Assembly: GCA_036643355.1 (NCBI GenBank)
Contig: JAVXSC010000001.1
Span: forward strand, 62,205 to 126,204
Reading direction: 5' to 3'
Source of the DNA: Myroides sp.
GTDB taxonomy: Bacteria; Bacteroidota; Bacteroidia; Flavobacteriales; Flavobacteriaceae
Length of the DNA stretch: 64,000 nucleotides
Shown here: one piece after another, positions 52,356 through 63,588 of the stretch
Layout of the letters: the number at the start of each line of letters is the position of its first letter
How positions within the stretch are numbered: the first letter of the stretch is position 1
The notes under the pieces: generated by a model
What the model was told of the DNA's origin: nothing
Database searches by the model: none
Seen by the model: the letters and a program-made list of their open reading frames with translations, nothing else
Made by a program: the position numbers and the translations under genes

Positions 52356-53213
52356 TTAATTATAGATTTGAAGAATTGCTGTCTGAAGTTCTGTTGGTGT
52401 AAGTCCGGTTTTAGACTTAATAAAACCGCTAAAATTTGCCTGACTATCAAAATTAAGCAGGAAAGCAATTTCTTTTAAAGATTGATCGCCAAGTAATAAA
52501 AGTCTGCGGATTTCGAGTATTAATTCTTCATGAATCAACTCGAGCGCGCTTTTACCTAAAGTTGTTCTACACGCTGAATTTAATTTTTCGGAACTGCAAT
52601 TGAGCAGTGTGCAGTATTCAGAAACTTTTTTATGAGAATATATGTAGTGAGGCAACAGCGATAAAAAGCTGGTAATTATCTGTGAACCCTGAACCAATTG
52701 TTGATCAGTATATTGCTCTGATAACGTTATAAGTAAGATTTGCAGGTAACTATATGCTTTATATGTTGCAAGATTGGACAGGTTCTTGTTTTGAAGTAAG
52801 ACCTGCATGTGACCGGCAAGATCATACAGGTGATTAAACGTTTCTTTTGGAAGATTAAAAGCTGAATTTGGAAAGTATAAACGATAATGCTTTAGTGGAG
52901 TTATAAATTCGAAAATATTTTTTCGGAACTGAATAATAATACCCTTAGCGCTATCGCGCTGCATCAGATGTATCTGTCCAGGATAAATCATAAATAGCTG
53001 ACCAGCCTCCATTTGGTATGTGTTAAAGTCAATCTGTTGTTTTCCATGACCTTTAGATACAAATATAATTTCAAAGTAATCGTGTCTGTGCGGATGCTGA
53101 AAATCATACGGATTGGTATAGTCAAGCGACTCTATCATCAGGAGTTTATTTGGGTTTGGCAATGAAACCGGTAATATGTGCTTACTATTAGAATCCATAT
53201 TGCTAAAATACAT
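52356..53213 (-). CDS. AraC family regulator
   Basis: HPHRHDYFEI cupin N-terminus, SLKEIAFLLNF. Confidence 0.92.
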   Translation of the reverse strand: MYFSNMDSNSKHILPVSLPNPNKLLMIESLDYTNPYDFQHPHRHDYFEIIFVSKGHGKQQIDFNTYQMEAGQLFMIYPGQIHLMQRDSAKGIIIQFRKNIFEFITPLKHYRLYFPNSAFNLPKETFNHLYDLAGHMQVLLQNKNLSNLATYKAYSYLQILLITLSEQYTDQQLVQGSQIITSFLSLLPHYIYSHKKVSEYCTLLNCSSEKLNSACRTTLGKSALELIHEELILEIRRLLLLGDQSLKEIAFLLNFDSQANFSGFIKSKTGLTPTELQTAILQIYN

Positions 53214-53483
53214 TTTTATTTTACAAGTAGTTTACAACTATTATCTACTAATTGAGTTGTTAACTAATCTTAAGTTTTTTTTTTATAAAAGTTGGATATT
53301 GCTGTGTTTCGATACCATTTAGTAAAATTTTATCGCTTTCAAAACTCATCCACGCTTAAAATCAGTTGCCAATTTTAGTTATGCATCCGGAGAAAAAAAG
53401 ACTGAAGCCATTGCTAAATCCAATAGGCTGGTGCTGTGGGTAAATTTTTATTTTTCAGCTTTTAAAATTTTAAATAAATTTTT

Positions 53484-53935
53484 TATTTTTGAAAAAGCGT
53501 TCATTTAAATATAGTTTTTTTTCTGAAAAAGAGGTTGTTTAGTTTAATACTACAACCTCTTTTTTTATTTAACTATTTTATAAATATATCATTCATAAGT
53601 GTTTTATTTGGTTAAGAAAAAGCAGCTGTTTTAATTTTTAGACAGTTGCTTTTGATATTTAAAAAATATTACATTTGAAAAATATCCACATTAAGATTGC
53701 ATTGAAGTTAAGTATTGAGGTTGTTTCTGCAACCTCTTTTTTATTAAAAACAATTTGATGTTGTGGTTTCTTAATTATACATTTTAAATTCATATCTACC
53801 TATTAATTATTTAAAAGCATCTGTCTTTATTTACAGGTGCTTTTATTTTCTAAAATAATTTTTTAATTTTGACTCCGCAAAAATTTAGTTGTTTTATAGA
53901 AGAAGCGGTTGCGAGCTTATACGTAACCGCTTCTT
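53484..53935 (+). ncRNA. Candidate array of five tandem sRNA units C1-C5
   Basis: Five terminator-like hairpins about 90-100 bp apart; -7 boxes at 53484, 53670, 53778 (degenerate) and 53864; no ORF. Confidence 0.6.
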
Positions 53936-54519
53936 AGTTCTTTAAAGTTATTCACCCAACCAAGTAGAAACTTTTTCCTGTGCGCGGGTTTTGTTTACAA
54001 TGTTCACGTAATAACTTCGCATTCTGAATAACAGACTTTCATTTATTAATTTGATCGGCAATTGATTATTTAGAACTGCATAAGTATTACTATGAAATGC
54101 GCAGTAAACAGATGGAACTTGAAGAACTACAGTAACTAGCTGAAAAAATGATAATTTAAAATAATTTAAAGAATATAGCCTCTCTACTACTTTATTACAG
54201 TGATTTACAGCAATCATCTCCCTAAGTTTCTTCAATGAATCACTTCTTTATACCATTTTACACATTGTAAGTTAAGTATATACAGTTATTCGACATAGTG
54301 AATGGTTTGTAGGTCTATTAAGGAACCCTTAGAAAAAATGAAGTAAAAACTTTTAGAAGAAACTTTAATAAAGAAAAAAGAAACAGACAGAATTTTATAC
54401 GAAGCCGATTATAGCATCATAATTTAAACGGCAAACAAAATTAGACCTAATGCTATAAAATCCTACTGGCGAAGCAACAGGATTTATAAGAATATAATAT
54501 AACTAATACGAGCAGTTTA

Positions 54520-54819
54520 TTATGCGTTCAACAATATAAATCCCGTATGTTCCATTCCTGATCCATCAAAATATGAATAAACCATTTTAATACGGGACCC
54601 GACAAAGTTTGTACGAAACTCACCAACCTCATCAAATCCAGCATTGGTTCCCGCCGTATAAATATCTTTAAAATAAATTTTTGTATTTAATCCGGATTTG
54701 ATAATTTGAACGTGGTTAAAAAAACTTTCCAAACAGACCCCCAGTTCCTTCAACTTTTCTATAATCTCTGATGATTCCCCCTTGCTTAAATAAATCTTTA
54801 ATGCGTTTTCCAGTGCCAT
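54520..54819 (-). CDS. Hypothetical protein
   Basis: 99-aa ORF in an AT-rich region; no family recognised. Confidence 0.55.
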   Translation of the reverse strand: MALENALKIYLSKGESSEIIEKLKELGVCLESFFNHVQIIKSGLNTKIYFKDIYTAGTNAGFDEVGEFRTNFVGSRIKMVYSYFDGSGMEHTGFILLNA

Positions 54820-55269
54820 AAATTTGTATTTTACAAGTATCAAAAATATACTTTCTGTTAACTAATAAATATACAACAAGTTTTGTTAAAAAACAATCAG
54901 AAAAAATCATAAGGAGTTTTGGAGCTACTTGACAAAACGAAATATACAATATGTTACAGACCAACACAATAAAGATCTGTTGCGTTAGGGGGCTGTACAT
55001 TATTGAGTATTTCCGTACTACATAATTACGACGTTAACCCATAAGATTCTGTGCCGCTGATCATTTAGACTGCAGTTTGTATCTATTATTCAGTTCAGGT
55101 ACAGTAGTTCCGATAGTTCGATATTTTACATCACCACTGCACTTAATATGCTACCTTCAACAATATCTTTCCCAAAAAGCGCTAGCAAGAGATTATATAT
55201 AAAATTGATTTCTTTTGTTAATCCTTCACTTAATAAAGCACTCTTAAAAGTATTGCAATATGAAAACTT

Positions 55270-55947
55270 TTATTTTTGTTGTACTTTAGGATAGTATTTC
55301 CTGTGAAAAATTATATAAAATCCTATTACCATAAACAGGAGACCACTCAGTAAGAAGCCGTAATTCCACAAATCCTGATTCTGTGAAAATTCCCGAACAT
55401 TATGAAATTCCAGAATGTGATGGTGCAACAGTCCTTCTACGAAATTAAAAAGACCCCACCCTGTTAAAAATCCGCCTAGTGCAAGTTTCGGAGAAGAATT
55501 AATAGTATGGATTCTCAGCAGTCTGATAAGCGAGATAATTCCTATAATAACCGCTGAAAGAGTCAGCAGATGAAAAATACCATCCCAAAACATATTTACC
55601 GTTTTTCCGATAGCAGTATTTGCGGGTAATTTGTTTGTAAACATCCCGTGCCACTGTAAAATCTGGTGCATAAAGATACCATCGATAAAACCACCGATCC
55701 CGATGCCTAAGATGATTGACGTTATAGACAATGGCACCGGGTTTGGAACGTAGAACTGCGCAGCTCTGTGGTTTAACTTAAATTTCCTCAGCGAAAAATA
55801 ACTTAAAACAACAACAATAATTGTTAAGACCAAAAAACCGGAAATCATTTTTAACAGGTTAGGAAGGAATTCTGTGTTGTACAAGGCATTTTGTACTTCT
55901 GCATTACATGTAATGCAGCCCGCAGGCAACGAAATTAGCTGTATCAT
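55270..55947 (-). CDS. DUF2243 membrane protein
   Basis: GGFIDGIF.HQILQWH, WDGIFH, GWGLFN.VEG..HH.L..H.V. Confidence 0.88.
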   Translation of the reverse strand: MIQLISLPAGCITCNAEVQNALYNTEFLPNLLKMISGFLVLTIIVVVLSYFSLRKFKLNHRAAQFYVPNPVPLSITSIILGIGIGGFIDGIFMHQILQWHGMFTNKLPANTAIGKTVNMFWDGIFHLLTLSAVIIGIISLIRLLRIHTINSSPKLALGGFLTGWGLFNFVEGLLHHHILEFHNVREFSQNQDLWNYGFLLSGLLFMVIGFYIIFHRKYYPKVQQK

Positions 55948-56085
55948 AATTATTATTTTTTTTATTTAAAGATCGTTTACAGAATTCCAGTGCGAAAATG
56001 AGGCTGCAAGCTTTTTTACTAACATTTGCTCGTACCCTACTGCTTTGCTACACCTTTTCCTATAGTTTACCGCAGTAAAGAGCCG

Positions 56086-57597
56086 TTATTCATTCATCTT
56101 TTGTAAGCCGCTGACAGCCGGTGCCGTAAGTAATTTTCCGTTTATATTAAAGCGAGATCCGTGGCACGGGCAGTCCCATGAAATTTCGGCACTGTTCCAC
56201 CGGACTTCACATTTTGCATGGGGGCATGTGCTTTTAAGAATATGCATTTTTCCGGTTGATTCCTTGTATACAGCATAATTTTCATTTTCGTATTTTACCA
56301 CTTTCGCAGTGCCCGGATCTACTTCGGCAAATGATTCAATCCGCTCGGTAAAGAGTTTATCCTTTATAAAATCCGTCAGGACGGCTGTCTGTTCTTTCAC
56401 AAACTCCGAAAAACCCGCCACAGGTTTTATTCTTGCCGGACTGAAAAGCTCCTCATAAATGTTCGATCCTTTTAATATTAAATCGCTTATAATTTTTGAT
56501 GACAGACTTCCAAACATCATTCCATTACCCCTAAAACCCGTTGCTACAAACACATTTCCATCACTGCCTGGCAATACACCGATGTAAGGAAATCCATCGA
56601 TCGGTTCGTAATACTGGCTTGACCAGCTGTACAAAACCTTATCTACGTTAAAATGTGACCGAACGTAATTTTCGAGGTTCGAAAAACACGATCCAGTATC
56701 GTCTGCATGTCCGGTTTTATGATCTTCGCCACCGGCAATGAGCAGTTTTATACCGTTTACTATATGTGTTCTGTAATAATGATAAGGATTTTGAAGATCG
56801 TAGCCTAGCGCATCAGGATAATTACTATCACTTAAAGTGCATGCCAATACATAACTACGGTAAGGTACGTTGGTAAAATGCAGTTTGTTTATTCCAGGGG
56901 GAATGTGTGTAGCGTATACCAATTGTTGGGCTGTAAATTCACCCGTTGAAGTTTCAATAAAGATACGACCCTCTTCCTCTTTATGTTTTTTACAAATACA
57001 GTTTTCCAAGATAATACCGCCCAAGTTAACATATTCTAGTGCAAGTGCTTTTAAATATTTAAGCGGGTGAAACTGTGCCTGGTCTGAAATTTCGACTGCT
57101 TTTTTGAATGGAATAGGGAACTTAATGCTTTTGATATAGTTCATTTGATATTTTACCTGCGCAGCCCCTTGCACCATTTCGTCTAGTTCGTTTGCCTGTT
57201 TTTGGTCTAAAGCAAAAAGTTGTGCTTTTTTTTCTTCGAAATCACAATCAATACTATATGCTGCAATATTGTTTTTAATTACCTGCATGGCATCTTTCCC
57301 GGCAGCAGCAAACAATTTCGCATTTTCCAAACCGAAATCTTTAAAGGCCTGGGCAAACGACGTGTCGAAAAAATCATTTAAATGAGCAGTAGTACCGCCC
57401 GATGTTCCAAAGGCAACATTAGCAGCTTCGACCAGCAGACATTTTTTACCAGCTTTTTGAAGTGACAGGGCAGTTGACAACCCCGTAATACCGCCCCCTA
57501 CCACGATAACATCATATTTTGTAGTTTGAGTTCCGGTCTGTGTAAAACTTTTGATCTGGTCCTGCCACACACTTTTTCTAGCTCCATCTCTATTCAT
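56086..57597 (-). CDS. FAD-dependent oxidoreductase with C-terminal Rieske domain
   Basis: GGGITG, SGGTTAH, CPH.KC...WDCPCHGSRF. Confidence 0.92.
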   Translation of the reverse strand: MNRDGARKSVWQDQIKSFTQTGTQTTKYDVIVVGGGITGLSTALSLQKAGKKCLLVEAANVAFGTSGGTTAHLNDFFDTSFAQAFKDFGLENAKLFAAAGKDAMQVIKNNIAAYSIDCDFEEKKAQLFALDQKQANELDEMVQGAAQVKYQMNYIKSIKFPIPFKKAVEISDQAQFHPLKYLKALALEYVNLGGIILENCICKKHKEEEGRIFIETSTGEFTAQQLVYATHIPPGINKLHFTNVPYRSYVLACTLSDSNYPDALGYDLQNPYHYYRTHIVNGIKLLIAGGEDHKTGHADDTGSCFSNLENYVRSHFNVDKVLYSWSSQYYEPIDGFPYIGVLPGSDGNVFVATGFRGNGMMFGSLSSKIISDLILKGSNIYEELFSPARIKPVAGFSEFVKEQTAVLTDFIKDKLFTERIESFAEVDPGTAKVVKYENENYAVYKESTGKMHILKSTCPHAKCEVRWNSAEISWDCPCHGSRFNINGKLLTAPAVSGLQKMNE

Positions 57598-57617
57598 GAC
57601 AAATAATATAATGCTGA

Positions 57618-59807
57618 TTAGTAATTTACTTTTTTTCCTGCAATCTCCTTTAAAAACCCAATAAACCTGCGAACATTCTGTACCCTTATTCTGGCCTTTG
57701 TATCTTTTTTTCCAATTTTAAAAGTAAAAGCGGATTTGGGTAGCGCTGCGAACATATCTTCGTCTGTATCGTCATCACCGGCAGCAAGAATGAAAGCATC
57801 TTCACTGAAAGTCACAAATTTCTGTACTGCCTCACCTTTATCGCAATTCGAAAAATGTATTTCGAGCAAATCGTCCGTTTTCTTGTACCGGTACGGGAGG
57901 TTGGTTTTTTTGATATGATTATTAATTTCTTTTTCGAGATTACCGATTGTTGCGGTGATTTGGTTTTGCTCACACATTTTAAAATGCAGGCAAACTCCGG
58001 ATGTTTTTTCTTCCAAAAAAGAACCTTCCATTAAAAGGGCGTATTTTTCGAGGATCTCACAAACTGTTTTACTGTCCTGAATATTGCTTTCGGTCAGCGG
58101 CATCCATTCCGAAAACGGGTCTTTACACCAGGCACCGTGTTCGGCAATCATTGTGATACCACAGTCTGAAAACCACTTGTCCATATCTTTTCTGCTTCGC
58201 CCGCTTATGAGTACCACCTGTGTATTAGGAATTGCAAGTAACGTACAGAGCAGCTCGATAACTTCCGTTCCGGGAGCGGCCATTTCGGGATAAGGTTCCA
58301 GTTCCCTGATACAACCATCGTAATCGAGCAGTATGTACCTACTTTTGGCATTTTTAAACCGGATCATTAACCTTTCTGCCAGATCAGCACTTAAATTTTG
58401 TTCGCATGAATAACTGAGTTCTTCATACATACAGAAGACTTCCTGAAAGACTGTATCGAGCCAATCGAAAACCGTGTAGCCGAAAACTTTTTTCTTTAAT
58501 GCCGTCATGCGCGCTTGTTCCTCACTTACTCCCATTTCAAGTGCATAACTAATTGCCACGACCATTTGCCTAATATCATACGGATGTATTTTTAGTGCGT
58601 AAGTGAGTTCTTCCGCAGCGCCTGCCATTTCGCTCAACACAAGTACACCTGTATTTTCAGTTCTGCACGCGACATATTCTTTTGAAACCAGATTAAGTCC
58701 GTCACGCAGCGAAGTAACCAGGCACACATCGGAAGCGGCATAATAGGCACACAGTGTATCCCTGTTTACCTGCTGATAGTAATAATGCACAGGTCGCCAT
58801 TCCAGCGTTGCATATTCCGAATTAATATTTCCAACCAGCTCATCAACCTTTCTCTTGTGCTCTTCGTATGAAGGAACATCTGACCTTGAAGGCACCACCA
58901 ACATCAACAATACCAGTTTTTCGCGATATCGAGGATAGTCCCGTAACAGCAAACGGAATGCTTCCAATCGTTCCAAAATTCCTTTGGAATAATCAAGTCG
59001 ATCCACAGACAGTATAATACGTTGGTTTGCGAAAACATTCCTAATTTCGGTAGTCATTTTCTGTACATTTTCCTTCAGCACTGACTGTTCGAAATCGTAT
59101 GCATCGATGCTGATTGGATGTGCGGAAACCTTTATGCCGGCAGGCGATTGAGTGTTGAATAGATCGGGATGCGCTTTAGATGCATACTTAAAACAGGCGT
59201 CTTTAAAATTCACACGGTCTTTTTCGGTTTGAAAAACAATGTGACGGCATTTTAGAAGGGCATCCAAAAGATCTGATCTCCAAGGTATAATTCCGAACAC
59301 TTCCTGTGAGGGAAAATGGATGTGATGGAAGTAAGACAGGTTGGAATGGTTCAGGTACAACGGCAACAGCATAAGCTGGTAATCGTGAATCCATAACAAG
59401 GCTTCATACGGAACATAGTCTAAAACAACACTGCCAAACTTACTGTTTACATTACGATATGCAAGCCAGTACTCCTCATTAAAAATGCAATGTCCCGGAT
59501 GATAATGGAAAAGAGGCCATAGAATGGCATTTGAAAATCCGTTGTAATACCCTTCGAATTCTTGCTGTGAAAGAAAAACGGGAATACATCTGAGCGGTTC
59601 CAACAATTCTTTTACAAGCTTTTCTTCTTCTTCACTATCTACTATAATTCCGGGCCAGCCGATCCAGTAACTGTTCTGCTGCTGGAAAACCGACCCTAAA
59701 GCCGTTGCCAGTCCGCCGTTACTGGGTGTTACCGTAAAACCGTTTTCTGTGCGCATAACAGTGACAGGCAACCGGTTAGATACTATATATATTTTTTCGG
59801 GTTTCAT
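57618..59807 (-). CDS. Bifunctional trehalose-6-phosphate synthase/phosphatase
   Basis: VSNRLP, GGLA, WIHDYQL, VDRLDYSKG, DGLNLV.KEY; HAD motifs LDYDG and GDDDTDEDMF. Confidence 0.93.
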   Translation of the reverse strand: MKPEKIYIVSNRLPVTVMRTENGFTVTPSNGGLATALGSVFQQQNSYWIGWPGIIVDSEEEEKLVKELLEPLRCIPVFLSQQEFEGYYNGFSNAILWPLFHYHPGHCIFNEEYWLAYRNVNSKFGSVVLDYVPYEALLWIHDYQLMLLPLYLNHSNLSYFHHIHFPSQEVFGIIPWRSDLLDALLKCRHIVFQTEKDRVNFKDACFKYASKAHPDLFNTQSPAGIKVSAHPISIDAYDFEQSVLKENVQKMTTEIRNVFANQRIILSVDRLDYSKGILERLEAFRLLLRDYPRYREKLVLLMLVVPSRSDVPSYEEHKRKVDELVGNINSEYATLEWRPVHYYYQQVNRDTLCAYYAASDVCLVTSLRDGLNLVSKEYVACRTENTGVLVLSEMAGAAEELTYALKIHPYDIRQMVVAISYALEMGVSEEQARMTALKKKVFGYTVFDWLDTVFQEVFCMYEELSYSCEQNLSADLAERLMIRFKNAKSRYILLDYDGCIRELEPYPEMAAPGTEVIELLCTLLAIPNTQVVLISGRSRKDMDKWFSDCGITMIAEHGAWCKDPFSEWMPLTESNIQDSKTVCEILEKYALLMEGSFLEEKTSGVCLHFKMCEQNQITATIGNLEKEINNHIKKTNLPYRYKKTDDLLEIHFSNCDKGEAVQKFVTFSEDAFILAAGDDDTDEDMFAALPKSAFTFKIGKKDTKARIRVQNVRRFIGFLKEIAGKKVNY

Positions 59808-59882
59808 AAAAGTAATTTTTGTTCATCTATTAGTGATTAATGATAATTATTCTCTTTCACCGAACCTCCAATAAAATGTAAA

Positions 59883-60083
59883 TTATTTTTCAGGATTTTT
59901 ATTTTGCTCCTCTTCAGGCAGTTCTCCGTGCTTATCTCTTTGGTATTCGTCTTCCTGCATTACTTCTGTTCCCATGGGATCTATTTTATCGGAGGTTACT
60001 CCCCCGTTACCAGTATCGCGCTTATGCTTTTCTGTTTCTTCAATCCTCTTTTTTTTACCATTTTGTTTATTATTCCTATTCAT
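59883..60083 (-). CDS. Small hydrophilic hypothetical protein
   Basis: Highly charged, low-complexity 66-aa ORF. Confidence 0.55.
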   Translation of the reverse strand: MNRNNKQNGKKKRIEETEKHKRDTGNGGVTSDKIDPMGTEVMQEDEYQRDKHGELPEEEQNKNPEK

Positions 60084-60761
60084 ACAGTTATCTTTTTTAC
60101 TGATTATTTTCCAGCGATTAAATTCCTCTTTGTTTACAATTATTACCGCTGGTATATGAACAAATGCCGAACCATATTCCGATAATCATTGTACGACTAT
60201 TTACGGATTCTCTAATTTAATAATGTTCAACAAGTGGCAAAATGTATGTTATAAGCAATTAATAAATTTAACATTTTAAGAATCAGTAGCCCGTGCGCCA
60301 GTTTTGTGCAACAATCCTTAAAATTTTAATTTTAAAATAATTTACTTCTAAATTTTTTATATTTCTTACTTTAATAAGACTCACTTTTAAAAAATTGAAC
60401 ATCGTTTCTGTTAAAAAAATGTAAAATAATTAAATAAAGTTAATTTAAAAGAGATTAATATCGTATTTAATAAAAAAAATAGTGATTATACTAAATTTTC
60501 ACAAAATGTCTATTTTTACCCCACTTGGTTTACTGGGCATCGTTTTAATATTTCATGTAAAATCGACTGATGACAATGTTGTTAGAAAGTGCTTTTATTT
60601 TGGCATCGTGTTTGGATTTAAAAATAAGCATTATATTATTAACCAACAGATTACAATTCCTCTTCCTCAGTTTTTTACCACTTATTATAACAGGCAGCTA
60701 ATACTGAATATTAATATTTAATACTTTTTAACCGAGGCGATGCCTCACTAAACTTTATATT

Positions 60762-61076
60762 ATGAAAAACCTTTTATTTAAAACCGCTGGAACCTTACTG
60801 ATAGGTTTTCTTGCAGTAATCTTTACGGGATGTAAAGACCAGCGAAATGCTAATGATGATTATCGCGAGACTTATCCACCTGCCAACGAAACGGAACAGC
60901 GTTCTAGTGAAACGTATGACAGCAATGATACACTGGATCATAACAACGGCATAAACAATTCCCAGCAAAATGAGATGGAAGACAAGCAGACAGGAAACCG
61001 AAATTCGGGTAGCGTACCAGATGACGGAACGGGAACGAACCCATCTACGTATAACAACAAACCAACAGGCAATTAA
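60762..61076 (+). CDS. Hypothetical lipoprotein, disordered
   Basis: Lipobox FTGC; N/T/D-rich. Confidence 0.8.
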   Translation: MKNLLFKTAGTLLIGFLAVIFTGCKDQRNANDDYRETYPPANETEQRSSETYDSNDTLDHNNGINNSQQNEMEDKQTGNRNSGSVPDDGTGTNPSTYNNKPTGN

Positions 61077-61105
61077 CTTAAATTTTAACGACAAACCTAT
61101 AAATT

Positions 61106-61681
61106 ATGAAGAATTTAATTTTAGCTGTTGCATTAGTGCTTGTAACAGCAACCACATTCGCACAGAAAAAAGAAACATTAAAAACACAGACTTCACAGAA
61201 AACAAACACCAGTAAAGATCAAACTACTGGACAGCATGGTACTGAAGCAGACAGACAATTTGTGATGAAGGCACTGGAAGGCGGTAATGCAGAGATAAAG
61301 AAAGGTGGATTAGCCCGATCTAAAAGTAAAAATCCCGACATTGTTAAGTATGGTGATATGATGGAAAATGATCACCACTCCGTGAACGGAAAACTTAAAC
61401 AGGCTGCTAAGGAAAGAGGCTATAAAGTATCGGAACAACTAACTGCGGAAGCTCAGAAAATGTATGATAATTTAAGCAAAATGGAAGGTGAGGCGTTTGA
61501 CAGAGAATTTCTAACACAAATGATAGCAGACCACCGTGAGGCTATAGAGCTTTTTAAACAGCAGGCTGCCAACGGAACCGATCAGGAATTAAAAAAACTT
61601 GCTTCGGATGCACTACCAACGCTTGAAATGCATCTCAAAGAAATAGAACGTCTTCAGAGCACGATGAATGACCGTAAATAA
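61106..61681 (+). CDS. DUF4142 domain protein (ferritin-like)
   Basis: D..FV..A..G...EI, M..DH, FDREFL.QMI.DH, LPTL..HL. Confidence 0.9.
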   Translation: MKNLILAVALVLVTATTFAQKKETLKTQTSQKTNTSKDQTTGQHGTEADRQFVMKALEGGNAEIKKGGLARSKSKNPDIVKYGDMMENDHHSVNGKLKQAAKERGYKVSEQLTAEAQKMYDNLSKMEGEAFDREFLTQMIADHREAIELFKQQAANGTDQELKKLASDALPTLEMHLKEIERLQSTMNDRK

Positions 61682-61983
61682 CAGTAGAAATTCATCTAGA
61701 ATAAAGCATCCAAGAACCCAAAAAGTGTGCTTACCTTAACGGTAAGCATTACTTTTGTTATAAAACTAATATACATATTTCAGCTAAAAATATATTTGTC
61801 AGTTCAAGGGTTTATCTCTAATTTTTCCACGACTACTTCTGTATCCCCTCCTCCTTCTTCCCGGTATTTATTTCCAGATCTACTGAATTGAGTAAAATAG
61901 TATGTAAAAGAAGTCAGTGACAAAATGCACTAAAGGTTACGTACTGCCCGCACACAGATGAAATGGACGTTGTTATGAAGGTA

Positions 61984-62310
61984 TCAATATTCTATCGAGA
62001 AAAATTCACGGTACTCCTCTATCGGCTCAGCATCTTTAATTTCATCTATGCCTAAACCATTTTTTTTCAGAATTGACAGGATCTTGCTCCATGGGCTTTC
62101 AATGATATGCATAGCGGTTTTGAAATTATTCCACACTACTTCGGCAGTTCTTTTTTTAAAACAGGATTGTATAGGAACCTTGGATTTTTGGGGTGGTCTG
62201 TCGAATAAACGAAAATTTCCGTCCGTTTTTAAAATTCTTTTAAATTCTTTAAACAAATTATCAAGACCTTCTATGTAGTGACTAGCCAGCGAGCAATAAT
62301 ACGACTTCAA
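61984..62310 (-). pseudogene. SAM-dependent methyltransferase remnant
   Basis: SLASHYIE.L..LFKEF.RILK..G; N-terminal SAM motif missing. Confidence 0.5.
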
Positions 62311-62686
62311 AACTGTTGTTTTGGAACATCGTACGGGAATTCATTCATATCAGCTAGCTCCAGCCCGGCTTTGATATACTTCTGCATTATACAAATTAAG
62401 CATCTGGTTAAAATCTGTAAAACTGTTCCTTATAAAACTGCTGTATCTAACATGTCCCAATTTCCTCTGCGATCAAAAAACTTATTAAAGCGGTAGTTTA
62501 AACGACAGACTATCTGTGGTCCAACGCCGCCACGACAAGCATAAAAAATTATCTATCTTTTGAATTTTATAAAAAGGAAGTTTCGAGTCAAGCCTTGTTA
62601 AAGTGGACTTTTGGTGAGGATGTACATTCTTTTTGTTAATAATATCAAAATTTTTATATTTGTAGTACTCACCAACAATTAATACT

Positions 62687-62845
62687 ATGTTTACCGAAAA
62701 TGAACTTTTGCTTATCAGACAGGTTTTAGCCAGCGGGTTTACAGAAATCTATAGAAAAAGTCAATCGAACAACGCTGATGAACGCCTTTACATTCAAATT
62801 ATTAAGAAAATTGATCTTTATCTGCTTGATTTTAAAGATAGATAA
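62687..62845 (+). CDS. 52-aa microprotein in its own transcription unit (not in the ORF track)
   Basis: TATATTTG at 62655-62662, ORF MFTENELLLIRQ..., terminator GCGGTAC/GTACCGT plus T run. Confidence 0.6.
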   Translation: MFTENELLLIRQVLASGFTEIYRKSQSNNADERLYIQIIKKIDLYLLDFKDR

Positions 62846-63360
62846 AAAGTATTACTAAGCGGTACAGAACAGTACCGTTTTTTTATTTTGATGTAACCGC
62901 TCTTTTTTAGGCATTCAATCCGAGCAAAATTAATAACATTCTTTTAATTACCCGTGGTGTTTATCTTCAACATTAACAGTATTTTCTTTACAGAAATTTA
63001 TACCAATAAACAAATTTAATTTTTTTTACAATTAGAAAACTATTCATATCAGCTTCACTATATCTGCAAAATTTTTTAAAATTTTCATCAACTCTTTGTT
63101 GCAAACAATCTCTAATCAACATTAAATCTTCTTTCGGAAACATAATATTGTAAAAGATTAAAAATATATACTATTTTTCTTAAAAAACCTAATATTTATC
63201 AGCCTTTTGTTAAATAGTAAGCTTTGATTATTGGAAATCTTTTTAAATGAAGCTGATGCTAAGTTGGAAGAAATACGGAAGGGATAAATATAAACAGACA
63301 AAGCTAAGAACCGCATATAATTTAAACAACTATATGCACACTATAGCATAATAAACTATT

Positions 63361-63588
63361 TTAAAAATTAAAGTTTAATGTTGAAACTTTACTATTGATT
63401 TTTATAAAACCATCGAAATATTCCACTACTTCATCAGAGACACTTTCTCCCGTGTTCAGATACTCATTAAGTGAAATAATTTTGTAAAACTTTTCATTAT
63501 TTAGTACACAATGTAAAAATTCAGGTAAAAAGTTGCCGTCCGCATCTTTTACTAATTTGCATACAATATAATAAGGAAATTGAATCAT
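63361..63588 (-). CDS. Small hypothetical protein
   Basis: ATG with A-rich context; 75 aa. Confidence 0.5.
   Translation of the reverse strand: MIQFPYYIVCKLVKDADGNFLPEFLHCVLNNEKFYKIISLNEYLNTGESVSDEVVEYFDGFIKINSKVSTLNFNF

Noticed and set aside
44540-53800. TTCAT units read as minus-strand ATG starts of leader or toxin peptides
   Set aside because: The resulting peptides differ in length and frame between homologous units (A 13 aa vs C2 7 aa; B2 and C4 diverge), while promoter and terminator polarity is plus-strand.
53948-54235. 95-aa minus-strand ORF
   Set aside because: TTG start and no motif; it cannot be supported from sequence alone.
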